Assembly: GCA_030141605.1 (NCBI GenBank)
Contig: JAQGDQ010000388.1
Span: 124,001 to 188,000 of the forward strand
DNA length: 64,000 nucleotides
Direction: 5' to 3'
Origin: Tubiluchus corallicola
Lineage: Eukaryota > Animalia > Priapulida
In this document: positions 26,301 through 36,000 of the stretch, piece by piece
How the letters are laid out: each line of letters starts with the position of its first letter
How positions within the stretch are numbered: the stretch's first letter is position 1
The notes under the pieces: model-generated
What the model saw: only the letters and a program-made list of their open reading frames with translations
What the model was told of the DNA's origin: nothing
The model's database searches: none
Translations under genes and position numbers: made by a program

Positions 26301-28596
26301 CTAAAATTGTGATGCAGTTCACTTTTATTTAACATCTCTGAAGCTGTTTGTTATTTGGCAAAATTACTCTTATTTTTGCTTTTGGTGTTTTATATTTAAG
26401 CTTTTGAACTCGAAGTTACCTTAATACTTGCACTATTAACTGTTAAAGATTCAGTCGAAGAATTTCAAAAGTATGTATGTAAGTATGTTTGTTAAAACAA
26501 GATGGCAAAGTATAGAATTGCTACAAGGGACAGTAAACTGTACATTATTCGGTTCTGGGTAAGTCAGAATATAATTCATCTCGGGCAGATTCGTTAGAAC
26601 GGATTCGTTTCTATATATCTTAATGCTTAAAGCAATCACAAAACTTGGCATACATCACAAAAATGGCATTGTGTCAGATCAGCAGAGTTCTATCATACTT
26701 TGAACTTAAAATGTACTGAATATTTATGTTTTATTGCCAACTCAAGAAGAGCACTTGTTGTCGCAGTCTTCGCTTTCGTACAGAAAAAGATTTCTGCCAT
26801 TGGAAAATTGTCCCCAGCGGTCACGTAGTCAGAATCATTTTTTTACAGCAGTGGTACTGACAAGCCACTAAGCATAGTAGTGTCTAGTTTTTTGAACTGG
26901 ATTACTTCTGTGTTTACCTGTCTTAGAGACAGTTTAATTTTACGTGTCTGTCTGCCTAATGTCTAGAATAGATGTAATAGGCATATAATGGTGTCAGATT
27001 TGCATAAATTTTGAACCTAATATTTAACAATGAGAAATGTTTCATAATTTATGTAGGAAGTAAATTGGGGTGTTGTAAAAATCATGTCGATTGGCTCAGT
27101 TGACTTAGATATTAAAGCATTTTTTCCTAAAAAGCATTGCTAAACCCATTTTGGAATTTGTGGCTTGTTTACTGTTCCTTCTTTAAAGACAGATGTCAGT
27201 TAAGTGGCTCAAGTGCCATGCCTTGTAATTTCTGTGTATGCATGAATCACTCTCTTTTCTTCCCTATCCATTTCGCCACTTTTTACAATAATATTTCTGT
27301 AGACTTTTATTCTGTTTTTGTTAGACTCCTAGAATTTCTAGAAATTTCTTGGAAACACTGTAGAACTATAAATACGTAAAATAGGTGTACATGTCAGTGA
27401 TATGATCGCTACCAATTTTGATCTAATCAGTTATTGCAACTACTATTAGCTCAAACTTTCACTGGAACTGTGCAAAAAGTTTACGTTGCCAACCGGACCT
27501 GACCCAAATTATTTCAAACATTTCTAAAAGGAATTGTTTTTGCTATAACTTTTGAATGACACTGTGCTTTGTTTAATAATTTTTTTAAAGGATGGATCAG
27601 GTCACTCACTATTTTGGGTTTATTAATGTTATCACTTAAACTTAGAAAAATATACCAAAGAAATTTGCTAAGAAGTCCTATAAGTGCTAAGAAGGCCTTT
27701 AAATGCATAAATTTAAAATCTACTACCTCTGAATAGAAATTTTCAAGCGTGGTGGTTGTCGCCATTCACTTGAACGTCATGATGTAACTGGGAGACTTTG
27801 TGACTTTTCGTAAGCGCGCGTTGCTTAAACTAATCCAAACTTCTACAGCTTACCTAAGGTTCATGCAAAGGTATTATTCAAGAGTTTCAAGAGTTTTATT
27901 CATTTTCAAAATTATAAAATTAGCTACCTAATTACTTTGTAAAAACTTGTTGTGCTTTTAATGAAGATTGGCAGCGCGCTACTTTTCTTCAAGACAAATG
28001 ACGTCATTGAAAGATTGGACTTTGAAAATGGGAGCTCTCAAGCAAGGCGCTTATTGCAATTTTATAACTAAATCATTCTAATATATTTTGTGAACATTGA
28101 AATGAGCCGAACTTTCCAGAAAGTTTGACTGTTCGTTTAATGTTCAACTGTGTGGCATTAGTTTATAATAACAGTGTGTTATTTTGTGGCGTTTTGGATG
28201 CATTCGTAAAACTATTGGACTTGAACCTTGCACTCTTCTCATTAATTCACAAAGTGAGTGCCATTCAATAATGATTATTACAACTCATCTATCTGGTGTA
28301 GACACACATTGATTTTTCTGATAATTTGTATATCAATTTAAGAGCAAATTTAGCTTAACTTTTGTGATGTAGAATGTGCGGTATTGGTTATATTTTCTAC
28401 CAGAACAATGTCTAATTCTGACATTTATGCTCCATGCAGTTCTTCATTAATGTAATCTACTAGAATTAGGAATTTTGATCTTATTTACAGGTGCAACGAG
28501 AAAGGTCACCTGGCACGCAACTGTCGCAAATGTCACAACTGCGGCGGATTTGGCCACATCGCCCGCGACTGCGAAGAAGTTACAGTTTCCTCCTAA
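20400..28596 (+). CDS. CNBP: CNBP/ZNF9-family CCHC zinc-knuckle nucleic-acid-binding protein, 258 aa, 10 knuckles plus RGG box
   Basis: Coding exons 20400-20562, 22466-22594, 24221-24369, 25327-25407, 25929-26077, 28491-28596. All are GT-AG with consistent phases (1,1,0,0,2), 777 nt including TAA. Starts [19 protein letters not shown], then a Gly/Arg box, then nine more CX2CX4HX4C. Confidence 0.93.
21493..22173. mobile_element. Tc1/mariner-superfamily (pogo/Tc2-like) MITE in a CNBP intron
   Basis: TIRs (T/C)CGTATATACTCGCATATAAGCCGA and TCGGCTTATATGCGAGTATATACGG, with TA on both flanks. Internal copies of TATAAGCCGACC at ~21565 and ~22102. No ORF. Confidence 0.85.
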
Positions 28597-29740
28597 ACGC
28601 ATGGACTGTGCTTCCGCCTGGTGACCAAAATCGGATGTCCTCCTCACGCTCATGGCCGGAGGACCGATGTTGCGTGAGCACCGTATTCATTTGTTCTATT
28701 GTCACTTTATTACACTTTAAATACTAGTTGTAGCCTGGATTGAGTGAGTCATTCCAAATGTTTATTAAGTAATTATTGTATCACGCTAATCATGACGGTT
28801 TGATTGTTTTTGAGGTTATGTGTTTTAGCTGGGCGACGTTCGTAAGGTGTGCAGTTGATCCATCTTCACGAAAATACGTCAGGACTGTTCGTGTTCTTAA
28901 TTAGCAAATTTGCCAATTTGCTGTTAATTATTACAATGATCAATAAGTTGTTTCGCGCACAACGCAGGGGCTGTTGTCAATTGGGACAGCAAGCTTTGCG
29001 GTGTGCACTTATTTCGTAGCTTATTACAATGTGGTGTGGAGTAGTAGTTAAAGTGCGTCGTTGAAGTTTTTTATCCCCCGGGTGGCCTTTATGAAGATCG
29101 TGGCTATCCCTTATCTTAAAGCCGAGGAGTAGAGAGAGTTTAAGAGGTCGTTGCAAAGTTCGTTAGCATAAGATAAATAAGTATTTTCATGAGAGAACTA
29201 AAGCTTTTGACTCACACATGAAATGGTGTTTAGACATTAATATGAAGTTGCCTTTTATTAGAAGAGGAAATTTTGTAAATCTTTCAATTTGGAGCCAGTT
29301 CTATGTATAGTTGACTGTAGCAAATTGTCGTTGCAAATCATGCGGTACTTTTTCTGGCCCATCTATTATATGTTATGAAAACAAGTGAGCAACCTGTTCC
29401 TATTCAGGAGGAAGAGGCTTAACATTGTGAAGAAAACCACACCAGTGCAGTAAATGCAGCTTTTAGAAAATATCAAAATTGCTGTGTCATTGACAGAAAA
29501 TCGTTAATGGGGTAAATTTGCTCAATATTATTGTGTGAAGCGATTCGATTGGTTTAGTTAGCCTTTGTAAACTGGAGAAAACAATTATGGTTGGAAAGAA
29601 GTTATATTTTTTGCTCGGGCATCGATGTTGTCCATTATGAAGTTTGTAAATAAGTGTACAGACATTTTTTGTAACTTAATTTAAATTGATTTTATTTTAC
29701 TTACTCCGTTTTTATATTTACGCCATTTTTATATACTCAG

Positions 29741-30965
29741 GTCAAGCGAGTTAGGAGGTGACGGCTCCATCCAGGGTCTACCCTCAGGAGGACCGTCATG
29801 TGGTGTTGCCCCTTCCACGAATTTTTATCATTGTGCAGCTATTCGCATTTTATTAGAAAAATCGTTGTTTCCATTGCAAATAATTGACATTGCATTGAGA
29901 GTGCGAATAATGGGGCAGCACATAGCAGGACCATCCGCTGATGTCTATCTCTGGTTGGTTGGTCCTCAATCAGCTGCACGCAGAGTTGTTTAGGTGTAAA
30001 ATCGGGGAGAGTTGCGGTGTAAAATCGGGCAGAGTAACCTGCCCGTGCGGAGCAGAGAAGTAAAATTTGACACTATTTTCAATAGCCGTTTCGTTTTCGT
30101 CATGAAAGTTGGCCACTCTTCAAATTTTCAGCAGTAGGGATGCTACGTACATCGTTAAAACCTGCTAAATTTCCTCCAACGGATTGCAAATAGTCTTATA
30201 TAGTACTAGATGGTAGTGCTGCCATCTATTGAGTTGCGTAATCGGACGTACGCAGGCACTGGCTGCCTAGCAGTAACAGTGCAACTGTCGGGGCCTCAGC
30301 ATTAACATCGTGGCCTATAGATTAGAAGTGAAAATTGGGAGAACATCATTGGGGTGTTTGTGTTAAGCGGCAAGTAGAGAGAGGGGAAGATGTGGAAGGG
30401 AGGCGCCAGTGTGTTAAAATTTGTTATGGAAATTGTTTGCGTCTATTTTGCGCGTTTAAAAAACACATCGAATTGTTGTAATGGGCGATTATTACAACGT
30501 TGGCGCCTTCCTTCCTACGGCTCATGACAACTTATCACACCACAAATTGTTTGGTATGTTAGCATTATTTTAGACGTGGTGTTTGGCAAACACGTCTGGG
30601 TTGTGGTTTATATTGAGGAACATGGGCAATGCTTTATACCCAAGTATATTGTGTATTCTACTACTTAGTTTCATGAGTCGTGCACGGTCCTTGTTTTGCG
30701 CAATTTCCCCAACAGAAAACTGACTGTGGAGTCGTGGACAGATTTTTGGACATTACTGTGCCAACTCAGTTACGACCCGCGGAGCAAGGATCATGCGCAT
30801 TGCAGGCGATTGAGACGGGGAGAGTTAAAATGGAGGTGGTGCTGTGTGGGGTGTCGGCAAGCAGGCTGGAGCACAGCTTCAGATGCTGTCGGCATGTGCC
30901 ACATTTGTGGGGGAGCTACATGCGGAGAATGATCGCATGACCCACCCTTCACTCGACTAGTGATT
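29741..30965 (+). ncRNA. Candidate large structured RNA element (family unknown), downstream of or within the CNBP 3' UTR
   Basis: More than 12 stems found by eye, e.g. 29803-29812/29912-29921, 29840-29851/29898-29909, 30394-30412/30497-30515, 30517-30527/30671-30681, 30686-30700/30778-30792. Non-Watson-Crick positions are G-U on the + strand. A GCGA tetraloop sits at 30485-30488. Confidence 0.55.
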
Positions 30966-31372
30966 TTGTCAGTTAGTACTTGTTCATACATTGCTCCTGT
31001 ATGTAACTTAAAAGTGCCAAACCATTGTACTTGTACTAGTTATTATTATTCTTAAAGATTATTGGCTTTTAGAGTGTGAATGTATTTCAAGTGTGTACTA
31101 AGTTTTCAGTATTATTTTTAGCACATGAAAATGTAAAATTTTTGTCTAGTTGCATAAACGAGATACTATGACAATTGCGATTGTAATTTTTATGTCATAA
31201 ACAGTGGATTCTGTATGTTGTATCAAAACTTTTGGAGTATTTACAATTCTTGGCCTACATTTTTCGAGTGGAGGGTGGGGTGACCCCGAAATTTTTGGCG
31301 AAATCTGGGGTATTTCGCCGCCTCGAAGTACAAGGCGTTTTGAAAGTCTGTGATGATTTTATATTATAGAGT

Positions 31373-31378
31373 AATAAA
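31373..31378 (+). terminator. Candidate CNBP polyadenylation signal
   Basis: First AATAAA I could find downstream of the CNBP stop codon. A second is at 31546. Confidence 0.35.
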
Positions 31379-33041
31379 AGCTTGTATGAGAAAATTTGTT
31401 TGTTACAGTCTTTACTCTGGAGTTTTTGTCAGATAGCGTGGAAGTATAAATGTAACAATATGGCAGTAATGTTTTTATTGTGATATTAGCAGATGTTATA
31501 AATGAATGTGAAGTACATTTGGTTACCGTGTTGCCATGGTGGTACAATAAAAGTGGATTTTGGGGCAAAATAGATGGCAATACCAAATAGTACTACTTGT
31601 TACGGATGGACCGTAATGTGCACCCAAAACCCTTGACTTGAAATTAAACAGATTTGCTGAGTTTACTCGTGGCTACAAGTATTGTACCAATTGTAGTGCC
31701 ACTTATTAACAAGAAAGTAAATCATCTATCTGATAGCTCGATGTTTGAGGATGTGACACTCTTGAAGTTATCCATGCAGAATACTTACAAATAGGTTGCA
31801 GTACAAAAAGAAACTGCCTATTATGTGTGGAATAACAAATGCACAATCCAAAATGTAGTACTAAAAGTGGTTAACATAAACTTAACATATTTATTCATGT
31901 ACACAAACTTTGGACTAAAATTCAATTTCAGACGTATGTGTGTAAATATATGCACGTAGCATTTCCTTTGCCGTGTTATTCGCTTTTGTACAACAGAGAT
32001 CTCATCTGGATCAAGTGCACCAACTTCAACAAAAACAAAATAGCACTGATAATCATAAACTTATTTCATTTCTGGTATTATCCAAGCAATTGTAACAGCT
32101 ATAAGTCGCATAATTTCTGCGATGTTTGTCGTATTTACATTTTAATCCAATATTTGCTAACTACAAACCTAATTTTGCAGGAATTTTACACAATTATTGT
32201 CATTCGTGGGCAATAATTATTTCACCTGCAACAAAGTTTACAGTATTCTATATTGACCTAAGGGAGACTACAACAAGTCTCTTTTCAAGTAATATCATCT
32301 TCAATGTAGTGTGTACAGATAATTGATCCATAAAAAGTGACACGGGACCGGAAAATTAAAAATTTGGCACCCTTGATTTGAAATTCAAGCTAGTTTATTG
32401 TTGTCTTTTTTACTAATTCCCCGTTTGGTGTGCAACCAGAATTGTTTTGAAGCATTGCTACTTGACTAGTTGTATTATTTTTATTAGTGGATACAAGATA
32501 CAGTTCAGTCACTATGCTACTCGATAGTGCTTGCAGAAATTAACATTGGATTACATTTTTGTGGCACCTTGTGTCTGGCCACGTATTCAATGGTGGTGTG
32601 TTTACCTGGCGCATTATCTGGTACTATCAATTTTTGTTGCTCTTTACGTTTTCCAAATTGGTTCTTGAATGCCTTTCAGGTTACTCATACACCAGGAACC
32701 ATTAATTTTGAGTGTTTAAAAGGTTAACATCGTTAAGTGCTGGCAGACGTCTTCAAAATTCTTCTTGGTAAAAACATAATAAACTCCGATAGTAATGTTT
32801 CCATCGAAAGAGAGCAGCACATGTTGTGAACTTGGAACTTGAGAGAAATTGCATCTGCTGGGTAAACCAGATAAGTTGTTTTCCATTATTTTTGTCATAA
32901 TCCCTTATTACCAACATCTGTCTATACCTTCCCTCAAATGAAAGGCATCACACACCACACCAAGTCACTAAAATGTGGCAACACAACCATTCACTAAAAT
33001 GCGGTATGCAAGATGAATTATCAAATTTGTGATGCAAAGGG

Positions 33042-36000
33042 TCATTTCCGCTTTTTATGAGTTACTAATGTCCATCCCGATGCTCCTTCGTCTTCTGCAT
33101 CATGCTCCATGTGTTCATCTAAACAAAAATGCAAAACAGCTTTAATTAGCTGTGAAATAAAAGAAAAACATTCGGTTTTTCTTTGTCTTCCTTTGAATGC
33201 AATTTAGACCAAATCTACTTTAAATTATCTATTGTTGTCTATTAATTTTCTATTTTTATGCATAATGTTTCTGCCATAGGTAATAAAGTACAGTACCATA
33301 AACGTAATGGTATGGTGAATGACAAGAAATTGTATGAGTGCAGATCAGATTCATTTAAAATTGGGTTTTATTTGGTTTCGAAATTTGATCACTTTGCAAC
33401 TGACATGCAACTTCTCGTCGTGTAGGGTTGTGAACCCTGAACAGACAAAAGTGCAGATTAAATAAACTGAAAAAAAATGGCACAAACATGCATATACAAC
33501 TCAGCACCGAACATAACATATACTATATATTAATGTCGGTGTTATAGGACATTATATATATATGTATAAGATTCAAGGCTACAGCTCCGAGAATGGTACC
33601 ATTTTCAGCGATCTATATATCAAACAAATGGTCTCCATCCATGTCATTTTATTGATGGTATATTTTTCGAATTCCGCCCAACGGGAGGAAAGGGAGCAAA
33701 AAATTTCCCAAAACCGCAAAACTTGTACACTATTTCTGGAGAGTAGGCAATTAATTGAAGCACATAATTACTAAATTTTGGTTCTTCTCAGTATTTGAAC
33801 CGATCAGCACTAACTACTACCCAAGTTTAAATCGTACAAAGGATCTGCGTTACTAACATTATTTTGAACACGATTTTGCAGTTAATTCTGTAATTTAAGT
33901 TGCATCTTCCACCGTTTGATCTATGAAACTAATTACTAATGTTTTTGCTATCTTTACTCCAGATTTAATTTTCAATTTGAACCTCTAAAAACAGATCAGA
34001 GGCAGTTTTGAAAAAGCTATTAAAATTAAACGTATGAAACAAAGTTCTAGGTCTTGCATGAAAAGCAATATGTACTTCCTGACAAAAAGATGACTTTCAC
34101 CTGCATTTTCCTTATATGGATGCTGATCGTGCATTTGTGATTTACGCTGTTCCTCCTCGGACTCGCTACTTTCGTCCTGCAAAAATTGAACGGTGACACC
34201 AGTTTTGCTAAAATCTAGTGCAATAATGAAGGACAATAAAATCTACAACCTACAGTTTAGAATTATCGTGATATGCAAGAAAGGATTCTGTACTTCTTGT
34301 ATAGGATTTCACATCTATATTCAGAGCAGGACAAAAAGCTTGTACATGATTAGCAGCGTGTGCTTTTTATCACTATCAAAGAGGAAGAAAATCCAATTAA
34401 AAAGTGTACGTAATTGGGAAAGAAAATTCTTACTACCTTATAAAGTTTCCTGCCACCTGTGTGCCACTTATTCACTAAAAACACATTATTGAGTTTATTG
34501 ACAAAATAAAGTAATTTATACTTTTGCGTACCTAGCAAAGAGTGTGCTAGGAATGCTCTGAATCAGAGTTATTTAAACTTGTTTCAATCAACTTATCATT
34601 AAAATGGCTGCGTTTAAAGGTCATCGCTCGAGTATTACACAGCGTTACTGTTAATGCAAGCTCTGTATGAAAAAGGACAGCATGTAGGTGATACAATATT
34701 TAAAGCCGAGTGTATTAAGCTTTATTTATTAAAGGAAGACCGGACGATTGTTTAGACTCAATGTCATTTTAATTTACTCTTCAAAATATACATTTTCTTG
34801 CCCATAAAAGTTAGCAATTGTTTCTTATATTTGAATAATTAACTTAGAAAGTTAATTAACGGAAACCGAACACAGCTATTGCTTACGTGAGAAACTAACC
34901 ACAGTTTGGGCAATGGCAGGCGTCTTCCCTTGTGCGTCAAGCACATTTGCATAGGTGTTACAGTACTGTTTAAACGCATGATGTCAAAAAAATGGGCTCT
35001 ACATCATATGACGTCAGAAACTAACGCTGCAGTTCATGATCATGGTTCTATTTGTCGGCCACACGAATGTGACAAAAAGGCGCCACTGCCAATATTAGCA
35101 GATTCACTGAGCCGCGCGTAGCTTTGAAAGTTTAACGAAATTTGAGTATACGAGGTAATTTTTATTTAATCTAAGTCCATGTGCTGGAAAAAAAACAGCC
35201 ATTGATTGACTTTGACACACAATGCTTTGCAATGCAGAAAACGAATTAAAGAAGATTGTATAGAAAGTTTAGAGAGCCTAAAACGCTTTATCATCAGTCA
35301 CACAGTTTTGGATGACTACCCCTGATTCACACATCCGCAATGTCAGCATGCAGAACTATTATAACACTGCTTCTGCACAATTATGTCGTGCTCAGCAATA
35401 CATATTTCTGGTAGTGCAAAATCTGCATCATTATGATGTGTGAATATCTGCATCTATGATGTGTGAACCATAGTAAGACGTGTGAAGCAACAGAAATTCA
35501 CAACATCAAGTTCTAAATTACAAGATGACAGTTCCTAGAAATAATTTATCATCATGACATCATAGGCATCTAATTATTACCCTTGCAAATTAAACGATTT
35601 TTGGTATAAGGAACATAGTTTTAGCTAACATGCCATAAACAATTCATCGAAAGGCCATGAGCATATAAAAAGATTTTAACATAAATTAATAGGTAGCCTT
35701 TTGAATAAAAACAATTCCAAGTGATTCTGGGTGTTACAAGCAATGTAGAATAAATGCAGTAACTCTCGTATATTTTAAAATCTGCCTAGTTTGTTTTTTC
35801 ACCATTTGTCAGAATTCCCAGAAGATTTTGATAAAAATTCTACCACAAACAGTACTATCATTAATTATGGTCTTTCGAATCTGCATGGTACAAGACTGAG
35901 GGTAAGACATTGTTGTGCAGCTGTTGCTTTACCATGAAAATCAATGTGTGATTACTTGCATATTAGTGTTAGAAATTATGTAATACTTCATTTTGAGCTT

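Noticed and set aside
28364-28421. Possible C/D snoRNA (GTGATGT...CTGA, ~70 nt before the 3' splice site)
   Set aside because: Imperfect C box, no terminal stem, and no convincing 10+ nt rRNA antisense that I could identify.
30203-30230. CTCF-like motif (TAGATGGCAGCA on the minus strand)
   Set aside because: Lacks the upstream CC of the consensus and is equally explained as one hairpin of the structured block. Not reported as a feature.
29741-30965. Telomerase RNA, RNase P/MRP or group II intron identity for the structured block
   Set aside because: No CUAACCCU or CCUAACC-type template on the + strand. GAAAGTTGGC/GCCAACTCAGT resembles P4 but lacks the bulged U and other conserved regions. 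GAGCTACATGCG...CGCATG resembles domain V but its lower stem cannot form.
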